Below, one piece after another: positions 41,401 through 51,730 of a stretch of 64,000 nt of DNA. The notes under the pieces were generated by a model that saw only the letters and a program-made list of their open reading frames with translations, made no database searches and was not told the DNA's origin. Position 1 is the first letter of the stretch. Each line of letters starts with the position of its first letter. The stretch comes from Macrostomum lignano (lineage: Eukaryota), in contig NIVC01000464.1 in the NCBI GenBank assembly GCA_002269645.1, positions 124,001 to 188,000 of the forward strand, given 5' to 3'. A program made the position numbers and the translations under genes.

Positions 41401-43119
41401 ATGGGTTACATAAGATTAGCATTGTTATTTACCATTGTGCTGGTGATCCTCATCGAACCTGGCGATGGCTGCTTTAGGAAATTGAAAGGTGGTAAGTAGT
41501 CAGCCTTGCTTATGTGCCTTAAAATTAGAAATTATACTATAATGCATAAGAGAATTACCCAATTGGCATTAGTATCAAAATTGGTTTACAGTAGTGCTCT
41601 TGCGGAATCACCCGGTTGGTTCAGGGCTCATGGGGGGAATCACCCGGTTGGTTCAGGGCTCATGAGGAATCACCCAGTTGGTTCAGGGCTCATGAGGAAT
41701 CACCCAGTTGGTTCAGGGCTCATGAGGAATCACCCAGTTGGTTCAGGGCTCATGAGGAATCACCCGGTTGGTTCAGGGCTCATGAGGAATCACCCAGTTG
41801 GTTCAGGGCTCATGAGGAATCACCCAGTTGGTTCAGGGCTCATGAGGGGAATCACCCAGTTGGTTCAGGGCTCATGAGGAATCACCCAGTTGGTTCAGGG
41901 CTCATGAGGAGTCACCCAGTTGGTTCAGGGCTCATGAGGAATAACCAAGTTGGTTCAGGGCTCATGAGGAGTCACCCAGTTGGTTCAGGGCTCATGAGGA
42001 ATCACCCAGTTGGTTCAGGGCTCATGAGGAGTCACCCAGTTGGTTCAGGGCTCATGAGGAATCACCCAGTTGGTTCAGGGCTCATGAGGAGTCACCCAGT
42101 TGGTTCAGGGCTCATAGGGAATCACCCAGTTGGTTCAGAGCTCATAGGGAATCACCTAGTAGGTTCAGACCTCTAGAGGAATCACCCAGTTGGTTCAGGG
42201 CTCATGAGGAGTCACCCAGTTGGTTCAGGGCTCATAGGGAATCACCCAGTTGGTTCAGAGCTCATAGGGAATCACCTAGTAGGTTCAGACCTCTAGAGGA
42301 ATCACCCGGTTAATTGATTCAGGGCTCATAGGGAATCACCCATTTGGTTCGGGGCGTATGGGGGAGTTGCCGAGTGGCCTCGAATGCGCTGCTAAGATTT
42401 AATTCTGAAAGAAAGAATGCTTATATCATAGGCCGAAAAGTTTTGATATTGGCGCACTTAAATGTGCTCGGGACTTTGTGCTCTTTGCTATGAATATTGA
42501 TGATGATTGATTATCCCTGCCGTAATGGAAATATGTGCAACCGACAGCACAGCCGCAGCTATCTGAAGGCTGCGTGCGGCTGTTCAGTCCAAGGACTGGG
42601 GGGTCGCCACACACAGCCTCAATTACCCCAGCTAATGCTGGCACTCATTTTACAGCTGGGTGAACTGAAGCTATGCAGAGGTTAAGTGTCTTGCTCAAGG
42701 ACACAAATTGTTCCAGTAGGATCAGGAATCGAACCCCCGACCTTGAACCACTAGGCTACAGTCCCCTGTGAATATTATTACAACTATAGTATAGGCAGGC
42801 ACTGATCCGAAACTGAGAGCCGCAACCCCAACCCGCTTCTAATTCGCACGCAGCGGTCAAGGCGGTTGGCAGGCGCGTCGGTCGAGTATTCGGACGCGGA
42901 AAGAAGGCGCCGAAAGCGGCCGCCGATATTGCCCAAAGCGCCGAGAAGGTGGGCAAAACAGCTAAAAAAGGCCCCAGTGCGACAAAAACAGCCGGAATCA
43001 GTGTTGGCACTGGAATGCTTGCCGCCGGTACCATTGGTGCTGGCAGTTTGGCCTACACAAATAACAAGAAGAATCGGATGCAAAGCGAGAGCGCTCCGCC
43101 TCCTGTCACATACAAATAG
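41401..43119 (+). CDS. Secreted cationic peptide C (~118 aa), paralog of B
   Basis: Exon 1 41401-41491 (MGYIRLALLFTIVLVILIEPGDGCFRKLKG) is nearly identical at DNA level to exon 1 of B; donor G|GTAAGT. Exon 2 42854-43119 after CACGCAG: AVKAVGRRVGRVFGRGKKAPKAAADIAQSAEKVGKTAKKGPSATKTAGISVGTGMLAAGTIGAGSLAYTNNKKNRMQSESAPPPVTYK-stop. This frame is absent from the ORF track. Confidence 0.85.
41605..42345. repeat. 30 bp minisatellite (GGAATCACCCAGTTGGTTCAGGGCTCATGA), intron of gene C
   Basis: Direct reading. Confidence 0.93.
42525..42757 (-). mobile_element. tRNA-headed SINE, family 2, copy 2 (intron of gene C)
   Basis: Shares ATGTGCAACCGACAGC-CAGCCGCAGCTAT, CTCAATTACCCCAGCTAA-GCTGG and GAATCGAACCCCCGACCTT with the reverse complement of 172-365. 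Confidence 0.7.
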
Positions 43120-44086
43120 AAGCCGGCCACGGACAAAAATGTTGGCTGCGACCTTACAATCTCTACGCTTAGTACACCATGACAGGCATTTACTATTTCT
43201 TTCCAGTTTTCATGTGTTAATTGAGTGCAATTTGATTTCCTCTACATTTTAAGGCCTATGTAATGCATATATACTCGTAGTTGTTTCATTAGCATTGGCA
43301 ACTTTTGTATTTAGTTAATCTGATGCTGGAAAAATGCTTAAACACTTTCAACAATTACAGTTAGACAGAATATAGACTCATGTTCCACTAAGTGTGGCGG
43401 CAGTGAATTTCGAAAAACTTCACTTGACTTTTTTATTAATTGCTTATCAGGTTAAAAGTACATGTGCACACCGTGGCTATGGAGAGGAAGATCACAGAAA
43501 AGCGATAGCAACACTGCTTCCAAGGGGGGTTGTGCCTGCCCGAGGAAAAAACAAACCAAACTTGCTAAGTACTTGATAAGTCAACAATGGAACCTCGTGG
43601 CGAGGACAGCCTAAGTAAAGTACATTCGATAAGTTTCCAAGTACTTGAATGTAGAGACAGGCGTGTACTTTGTAAACTTTTCAAGTCGATTGAACTTGGA
43701 CAAAAGCATTGCATATACTGTTTAAGTTCATGACAATGATACTTTGCAAACTTGGTTAGTCAACAATGTCATCCAAGTGCATGGTTGACTTTAAAAGTTT
43801 AGCATGTGTTTTTTTCCGGTTGGCATCTCTGGGACTAAAGTTCGCAAAGTTTTTTTTGTTAAAATTTACGTTTTGATCGATTGCGAACTAGCAGAGTTTG
43901 CTAGCCATAAAGCATGCACAGTTAATAGTTAAAAGATTGCCCACAGTCTACAGCAGCCACCCTATCTATGGGCTCACTCACAGGTAAAGAAGCGGCTGAG
44001 AAAATCATAGTTAGGTAGACAAAAGTGCACTTTGCGAGACGCGGGCTAGAAGAAGAAGCTCGGACTGCAAATCAGATTAGCTTGAA

Positions 44087-44635
44087 ATGGTGCTATTGAA
44101 ATGGTCGATGAAATGCCTGTTGCTGGCAGTCATTCTGCTAGCTGTGCTGCCGGACTATAGCAGCGGATGCAAAGCGGCGGTCAATAAGGGTGAGTTGGCA
44201 ATTCCAACCGCATGTTTTCATTCAGTAAAAACAGTAAAAAGGACTATAAGAGGGGAATTTCATGCCATTAACAGCCGTGATGACAAACCCTTAAAAAGTC
44301 AGTCAGTTTATGAACAGACTCTGACAAAACACACTTTTCCCCATGCTATATTAACAGTGAAAGAGTTCTACAAGTCTTACACGCTAAAGAAAAAGCCGAA
44401 AGAGGAAACTGACGAAGCCGAAAAGAAGAAAAAGCAGGAGGCAGAAGAAAAAGAATACAAGAAGAAATTGGACGAGGCCAAAGCGAAAATGCGACAGCGA
44501 AACAAACAGCTCCTTGAAACCATAGCAACCGAGCGCACCAAGCAGGAGTCTCTGCTGGAGCAGCGGAAGAAGAAAGGCGAGAAGAAGATCGCAGGCATTG
44601 TGGCCACCACCACTGGTACGCAAATAATCCTCTAG
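44087..44635 (+). CDS. Secreted Lys/Glu-rich coiled-coil protein D (~126 aa spliced), unknown family
   Basis: Signal peptide MVLLKWSMKCLLLAVILLAVLPDYSSG followed by C. Probable intron 44190-44357 (G|GTGAGT ... AACAG|TG, 168 nt, no stop). Exon 2 encodes KEFYKSYTLKKKPKEE...EYKKKLDEAKAKMRQRNKQLL...GIVATTTGTQIIL-stop. Confidence 0.8.
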   Translation: MVLLKWSMKCLLLAVILLAVLPDYSSGCKAAVNKGELAIPTACFHSVKTVKRTIRGEFHAINSRDDKPLKSQSVYEQTLTKHTFPHAILTVKEFYKSYTLKKKPKEETDEAEKKKKQEAEEKEYKKKLDEAKAKMRQRNKQLLETIATERTKQESLLEQRKKKGEKKIAGIVATTTGTQIIL

Positions 44636-45062
44636 ATTGCGGAGACCGCTCCGCAACCATCAGCTGCAGTTTTATTTATTAAGGACGAAACCGAGATAAT
44701 TGACAGTTTAAGGCGCAGCTCAAGACAAAAGCCTGAGAAGTTTTGTTAATATTCTAGAGTTCTACTGGTCAGGAAATTTAATTTCGTTTACTTTACTGGA
44801 TCGGTTTATAAATAATACACAGGACAGTGTTTTAACTCATTTTTAATTGCCTGTTTTATTGCAATTTCTCATTCAATTAGATGTATTGCGATTTTCAAGA
44901 GGATAGAGAAGTACGAGCTATTTGTGCAGCACTGTATTGTCTATTGTGGTATTAGAGAGAAAAAACTGCTATGGCAATTACCGCTGGCACGGACTGCTCG
45001 GTTTCAGCTTGCAGGAGTGTAAGCTGCCGGGTAGGATTAATTATGGAGGGCGCTGAAGCGTC

Positions 45063-45955
45063 AGCACCAGGATATTTAGCACCAGTGGTTTTAGCACCAG
45101 TGGCTTTAGCACCAGGGGCTTTAGCACCAGTGGCTTTAGCACCAGTGGTTTTAGCACCAGTGGTTTTAGCACCAGGGGCTTTAGCACCAGGGGCTTTAGC
45201 ACCAGGGGCTTTAGCACCAGGGGCTTTAGCACCAAGGGCTTTAGCACCAGGGGCTTTAGCACCAGGGGCTTTAGCACCAGGGGCTTTAGCACCAGGGGCT
45301 TTAGCACCAGGGGCTTTAGCACCAGGGGCTTTAGCACCAATGGTTTTAGCACCAGTGGCTTTAGCACCAGGGACTTTAGCACCAGTGGCTTTAGCACCAG
45401 TGGCTTTAGCACCAGTGGCTTTAGCACCAGTGGCTTTAGCTCCAGTGGCTTTAGCACCAATGGTTTTAGCACCAGTGGCTTTAGCACCAGGGACTTTAGC
45501 ACCAGTGGCTTTAGCACCAGTGGCTTTAGCACCAGTGGTTTTAGCACCAGTGGTTTTAGCACCAGTGGCTTTAGCACCAGTGGTTTTAGCACCAGTGGTT
45601 TTAGCACCAGTGGCTTTAGCACCAAGTGCTTTAGCACCAGTGGTTTTAGCACCAAATGCTTCAGCACCAGGGGCTTTAGCACCAGGGGCTTTAGCACCAG
45701 GGGCTTTAGCACCAGGGGCTTTAGCACCAGGGGCTTTAGCACCAGGGGCTTTAGCACCAGGGGCTTTAGCACCAGGGGCTTTAGCACCAGGGGCTTTAGC
45801 ACCAGGGGCTTTAGCACCAGGGGCTTTAGCACCAGGGGCTTTAGCACCAGGGGCTTTAGCACCAGGGGCTTTAGCACCAGGGGCTTTAGCACCAGGGGCT
45901 TTAGCACCAGGGGCTTTAGCACCAGGGGCTTTAGCACCAGGGGCTTTAGCACCAG
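45063..45955. repeat. 15 bp minisatellite (GCTTTAGCACCAGGG/GTG)
   Basis: About 59 units; source of the GAKAP, LAPGA and LVLKP ORFs. Confidence 0.95.
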
Positions 45956-46500
45956 AGACGATTGCATGGAAAGGCGGAAGGCCATGCTGCCACCAGTCCA
46001 GTTGAACGCGGAGCTCGCCCGCCACGGGAATCCGGCGATGACACCCATTGATGGTGTTGGTGACGTCAATTCGAGCTCGCAGAAAGACTCGAGCGGGGCG
46101 AGCCACCTTGCAAAAACCAGCCGATTTTGCCCACCAGCTTTTGAAGTTGAAGCTTTGACAGACTCTTAGCGCTCAAACCTCCACGCAGCAACATCCGCAG
46201 CTCATCTGTCTTGCTCTGCGGCAGGGATAGCAGCTAGACCGGATGTGCTGTCGATTTGCACTCCCAGGAATGTGATACACGTAGCAGGTGGGCTGGTATT
46301 TTCCCAATCGATGCAGCTAATCCCAGCGTGGGAGGCAAGTCGTATGAGCTTCTAAAAAAACAACAACGCACACCGCCGGGGAACAGACTACAGTTCACAA
46401 AGGTTGGTGTCGGATCAGTCTTCTCAGCGCTGGCTCTCTGAAGGCGGCTACAGCGTGCACCTGGCCAATCACCCCAGCGTAATCCAGCTAGCAATCCGCG
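45956..46500 (-). pseudogene. DIRS-like (tyrosine recombinase retrotransposon) RT/RNase H junction fragment
   Basis: Frameshifted pieces LGLAASIGK, PATCITFLGVQIDST, LQLQKLVGKIGWF, VARPARVFLR...ELRVQLDWWQHGLPPFH resemble the DIRS RT thumb and connection region as I recall it. Confidence 0.55.
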
Positions 46501-46609
46501 AAGCACATCCGGAAGTACAACACAATTAGAATAAATAAAATGAAGGTATAAAAGTGGGAACATTAAGTCAATATTTGCTAGTATGAACTCGAAATGTGAG
46601 TAAAGGAAA

Positions 46610-47780
46610 CGACAGTGTACGTCAATATTGTGGGTCAATATCGTACGTCAATATCAGTCACTTCGCCCTGGAGTGCACCCTGGCCAAAGTCCTAACACCA
46701 TCCTTCGAAACCGCATTCAACCCATCATCAACCAGAGGCTTCTCAATATCCAGAACGGCTTCCAACCTGGACGGTCAACAGCAAAAACAAGTCGCTGCGG
46801 TCCGGTGCATCATAGACACCTGCAAGACTCGCCAAAAGGCGGTGTCAATTGTTTTTGCAGATTTGTGCAAAGCTTTTGACTCAGTCAGCCGGGCGGCCAG
46901 GCCATTGCGTAGCTCCTCCAGCAGCATGGAGTTTCTCAGATGCTGGTCCAGGCGATCATGGACCTCTACAGCTCATCCAAGGCGCTTTCGTCTAGACTGA
47001 CCACGGCCCTAAAGCTGAATTGACAACCACTTCCGCAAAGCGACACCTGTTTGTATTCGTCATCCTGATCGACTTCGTCATGCGGTTGGCTCTGCGCGAT
47101 GAAGACGGCTATGAAGTGGTGCTTCGCCGTAGCTCCCGCTTTGCCTGCGTCAAGCCGACCTGCCTCGCCTGCGCCGACGACCTGGCGCTGACCTGCTGCA
47201 GTCTCAAAGCTGCGCAGACGGCGGTGAGTCGGCGGACCAACGAGGGGAAGCGCGTGGGGCTCCACATCAACTACGGCAAGGCAGAGGTGCTGCATGTTGG
47301 CATTGCCAACTCTCCACTGCTGCTTCTGCCGGACAGCAACACCATCGCCCTGTGCAACCAGTTCAAGTATCTGGGGTGTCCTGGTCTCTGACCCGGATGT
47401 CATTGTCAACAACCGCAAGCACAGCCTGGTGGGCCTCCCACCTTCTCCGCTCCATCTTCAACTACTGGCTCGCCACCGACAGCCTGAACGTCGCCCTATT
47501 CCGCTCGGCAGTTGAGACGGTGCTGACCTACGGGCTGCTGGAAGCTGTTCCCATGACTGCCACTCGTCAGGCGAGCTTGGAGGGCTGCCATCGCCACCTC
47601 ATGCACAATGCCCTGGGCATCCGGTTCCCGAGCGCGTGAGCAACGCCGAGCTGGCGGCCCGGACCCGCGTGGTCGCAGAGACGACGCCAGATGTTGATCG
47701 GCCTCTGCCTGCGTGCCCACACACGGGGCACCGGGCCCCAGCTCACCGACCTGCTGCTCAGCCACCACTCTGACGGACAC
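46610..47780 (+). pseudogene. Decayed non-LTR (RTE-like) reverse transcriptase fragment
   Basis: ILRNRIQPIINQRLLNIQNGFQPGRST, SIVFADLCKAFDSVSR, LFVFVILIDFVMR, LACADDLAL, GLHINYGKAEVL, FKYLG, LFRSAVETVLTYG, spread over several frames. Related to 33369-34310. Confidence 0.75.
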
Positions 47781-48467
47781 TGTACTCTCTAACTTGCAGT
47801 CTTACCCCCCCCACTGTCTGCAGCTAGGATGGACTCAGCTGTTTTCCACCAGCAGGTGCTTCACTGACCCCCCTGTGCCAGCATCACTGACCCCCTGTGC
47901 CAGCGTTATAGATTTAGAGATTTAAACTTATTTGGAGCCACTGCAGGAGACTGTAAATTTCAGTGCAATGTGTGAATGCGGGCAGTGTGCGGTATCTTGG
48001 TTTCTGTTGCAGTTTTTCAAAGTTTTTAACTACCTCGTTGACCGAAGATGGCCAGACCGATGATGGTTGAAGAGGAAAAACCGATGGGATGGGTCGGAGA
48101 AGATTTTGTAGTTATTTTAGACACGCTTAAATAGGTCACAGTTAGTTTGCAATCGAGTGGTTGAGAGTGAGAAAGTGTTTTGGCTGCTAGAACGAGTTGG
48201 ATTCAAGCTGACATTTGTTGGCTTTAACATGTAGCTGAGTGAATGACGAATTCCAATCACTCTTCACCCGCGCGGTTCCCTGCATCTTTTTACCCAGAAA
48301 CAAAAAGTAAATAAGTGGAATTTTACGCGCGCACTGAAGCCTGAGTGAGAAGGCCATAGACTATACTCTAGGGCGAGCTGTCAAAGTGTAGTTTACTAGG
48401 AAAGTAAAGCTGCGAGGCTAAGCCCATCTATCTTATCGGCAACGCTCCTTTCGGATGCCAACAAGCA

Positions 48468-48974
48468 ATGGCATTTTTCAGATACCTAGCATTGCCGGCA
48501 ATCTTGTTCGCGGTTTTTGTACAATACAGCGAAGGATGCAAGAAACCGGCTCCTGTGCAGCAGGGTGAGTGGGTCAAAGTTGTGCCGCCGTTACTATTAT
48601 GTTATTATTGGACCAGCGTCTTTAAAGTAGCAATCTGTAGTACCTGATTCCATGCTTATTGAACCCGCCCCACAGTTCAGAAGAATGTTGAAGCAAACTA
48701 TGAGCTAGAACAACGGCTGGCGCGAGAAAAGCACGAGCGTGACGAGGTCGAGAGGTTGCGGCGAAAAAACGAACAAACGAGGAAAGAAGAGCAATACAAG
48801 AAGGAATTGAAGGAGGCAAAAGCGAAAATGAAGGAGCGCAAAGAGAAGATTCTAAACTTGGTCGCGGCCCAGCGATCATACCAGATTGCTCTGATGAAGA
48901 AGCGCAAAAAGAACGGGGCTCAGAAAATATACGGTGTCGACGCGGAGGTAACAGGCACCCAGCTTGTCATATGA
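48468..48974 (+). CDS. Secreted Lys/Glu-rich coiled-coil protein E (~131 aa), paralog of D
   Basis: Exon 1 48468-48564 (MAFFRYLALPAILFAVFVQYSEGCKKPAPVQQ), donor G|GTGAGT. Exon 2 48676-48974 after CCCACAG: VQKNVEANYELEQRLAREK...EQYKKELKEAKAKMKERKEKILNLVAAQRSYQIALMKKRKKNGAQKIYGVDAEVTGTQLVI-stop, which aligns with the C-terminal half of D. Confidence 0.82.
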
Positions 48975-49424
48975 GACCTTTGATTGGCGGCGTCCGCTTA
49001 GTGACAAACCGACAGAGCACCCGCGACGGGCAAATGTAATTTCCATTTGTAAATGCAGCTCATTTCCTCTGACAGAATAAGAGATGGAAGAGTTTTTTTA
49101 GTTTAACAAAGCCTGTTAGAGCATCTTACCAAAGCTTGAACCCTTTAACACTGTAACATTTTTATTCAAACACACTATAGTTAGCAGGCAATTATTTTGA
49201 ATCTTCCCAAAGTTTCCGAGAAATTCGTACTGTAACTATTTAAACAAATAAACCAATACAAACCGCTAAAAATAAAGCTGTACACGAACTAGTCAGGATA
49301 GCAGGACCACTTGGAGGTCGGTTTCATTTTTAAGCACAAACTGGACTCGCGAAGTCTTGCCGGATGCGAGCAATGAAAAATTATTTGGAACTTGCGAACA
49401 GGCCAGGCGCTCGAGATAAGTCTT

Positions 49425-50032
49425 ATTGCATCTTGCACATTAGTCTTACATGACATCTTGCACATTTGTCTCATTACATCTTATTACATCTTTCCTATAA
49501 GTCTTACTGCATCTTGCACATTACTATTACTGTATCTTGTACATTAGTCTTACAGCATCTTGAAAATTAGTATCATGATATCTTACTACATCTTGCACAT
49601 TAGTCTTATTGTATCTTGCACATTAGTCTTATTACATCTTGCACATTAGTCTTACTGCATCTTACACATCAGTCTTACTGCATCTTACACATTAGTCTTA
49701 CTGCATCTTACACATTAGTCTTACTGCATCTTACACATTAGTCTTATTACATCTTACACATCAGTCTTACTGCATCTTACACATCAGTCTTATTGCATCT
49801 TACACATCAGTCTTACTGCATCTTACACATTAGTCTTATTGCATCTTACACATCAGTCTTATTGCATCTTACACATCAGTCTTATTGCATCTTACACATT
49901 AGTCTTACTGCATCTTACACATCAGTCTTACTGCATCTTACACATCAGTCTTATTGCATCTTACACATTAGTCTTACTGCATCTTACACATTAGTCTTAT
50001 TGCATCTTACACATCAGTCTTATTGCATCTTG
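49425..50032. repeat. 23 bp minisatellite (CATCTTACACATCAGTCTTACTG)
   Basis: Direct reading. Confidence 0.9.
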
Positions 50033-50094
50033 CAGAGCGCATGAATATTGAGTCTAGTTATTAGCTACTTAAGTCGTTAAGTGGCCGTAGTACC

Positions 50095-50180
50095 AATGAA
50101 GGCCAATACGATTAGAAAGTCAACAAAGGGCCCGCTGTACACCCCGTGGAGCGGGTGTGTGAGTGCGTGACTGCGTACCT
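50095..50180 (+). mobile_element. Fragment of the SINE family 1 central region, opposite orientation
   Basis: Reverse complement reads CACGCACTCACAC...GGGGTGTACAGCGGGCCCTTTGTTGACTTTCTAATCGT. Confidence 0.45.
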
Positions 50181-50702
50181 CGGTTCCTCGGTTCAGTAGG
50201 TTATTATACATCAAAAGAAAATAAGCTTGAAATAAGAAGTAAGCAAATGTGGTTAACAAACTGATGCAGCACAATCGCAATAAATGCAATCAGAATATTA
50301 ACTTTTATATTTTAGCTACCTCGAAATTTACTATGATATTACAACACAGTACAAATATTTCAAACATTCCCAAGTCAATCCAATAAAACCAGTTCAAGAG
50401 AACACACTTACAGAGTACAGCGGATACAAAAAAGCATATTGTGAATTTATTCAGCGATGACTCAGTCGTGAACTCAAATTGAATTAGCAAATTATATTTT
50501 TGCACAAAATATTGGCCAGATGACATGAACATCGGTGGTGCTTCGTCGCCAGTTATTTAGAAGACTAACTTTGTAAGAAAAAACACCCCCCCCCCTCTTT
50601 AAACATGTACACCCACTCACTGCCGGCTGGCCCTCAAGTCTATGAACCCTCTGACCAATCTCAATCCTAGCGAGTAACATTGAGGAGTGATTGAGTCTCC
50701 AA

Positions 50703-51284
50703 TTATTTCGACAGGCTGTTCAGAAGGCCGAGCAGCCGGTCCAGTGTGCTCACAATGGCATCAGTCTTGGCGCAGTCCGAACTTTCCAGCAGGCGAGCCT
50801 GATAGTAATCAATCCGGTCAAGAGTGGCCGTCCGCAGTCTCTCTTCAACACAGACTCGGTCCTTGCCAGCGGCAGCCTGTGTTTGGCTGCGCGATGACGC
50901 CTGCGAGCTGGCAACGGAGGCGGCGGCTGCGGCGGCCTCTCTGGCGTGGACTCGGGCGGCCGACTCCGACTGAGCCGGGTCGTCTTTGCTAACGTCGGAC
51001 TCGAGCTCGCGACAGGCGATGCAATAGTTGCCACCGCCGTTGCTCACCTCCATGAGGATGGTGCCGCAGTCGGGGCACACGTGGTCCAGCATTTTCCAGC
51101 CTTTGAGCAGGTACTCGCCCATCCGTTTGGCGATCTTGTCCGAGCGCTCGCGGCGAGCTTTCAAAACTTTCTGCTCCGCCTCGGTTGGCGGGCGCCACTC
51201 GGCATCGAAGCTGGCGTCGCCATTGTCGGCAGTTGATGATGAAGATGCGGCTGCTTGTTCGCGGAGTAGACTGCGAAAATCCAT
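50703..51284 (-). CDS. ZNRD2: Zinc ribbon protein SSSCA1/ZNRD2 (autoantigen p27 family), single coding exon
   Basis: RRERSDKIAKRMGEYLLKGWKMLDHVCPDCGTILM...YCIACRE (CxxC...CxxC) is the SSSCA1 signature. ATG start, stop at 50703. Confidence 0.88.
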   Translation of the reverse strand: MDFRSLLREQAAASSSSTADNGDASFDAEWRPPTEAEQKVLKARRERSDKIAKRMGEYLLKGWKMLDHVCPDCGTILMEVSNGGGNYCIACRELESDVSKDDPAQSESAARVHAREAAAAAASVASSQASSRSQTQAAAGKDRVCVEERLRTATLDRIDYYQARLLESSDCAKTDAIVSTLDRLLGLLNSLSK

Positions 51285-51304
51285 GCTGCTGCCGGGCTGC
51301 GGGT

Positions 51305-51730
51305 CAGCGAGTTCAATCAGTCATAGAGGGGGGGTCAGCGAGTTCAATCAGTCATAGAGGGGGGGGGTCAGCGAGTTCAATCAGTCATAGAGGGGGGTCA
51401 GCGAGTTCAATCAGTCATAGAGGGGGGGTCAGCGAGTTCAATCAGTCATAGAGGGGGGTCAGCGAGTTCAAGCAGTCATAGAGAGGGGGGGTCAGCGAGT
51501 TCAATCAGTCATAGAGGGGTGGGTGTCAGTGAATTCCATCAGTCATAAAGGGGATGTCAGTGAGTTCCATCAGTCATAGAGGGGATGTCAGTGAATTCCA
51601 TCAGTCATAAAGGGGATGTCAGTGAATTCCATCAGTCATAAAGGGGATGTCAGTGAGTTCTATCAGTCATAAAGTGGATGTCAGTGAGTTCCATCAGTCA
51701 TAAAGTGGATGTCAGTGAATTCCATCAGTG
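51305..51730. repeat. ~30 bp minisatellite (GTCAGCGAGTTCAATCAGTCATAGAGGGGG) immediately upstream of ZNRD2
   Basis: Direct reading; variable G-run length. Confidence 0.88.

Noticed and set aside
44971-46069. (LAPGA)n and (LVLKP)n proteins
   Set aside because: Alternative frames of the 15 bp satellite; open only because the unit lacks stops.
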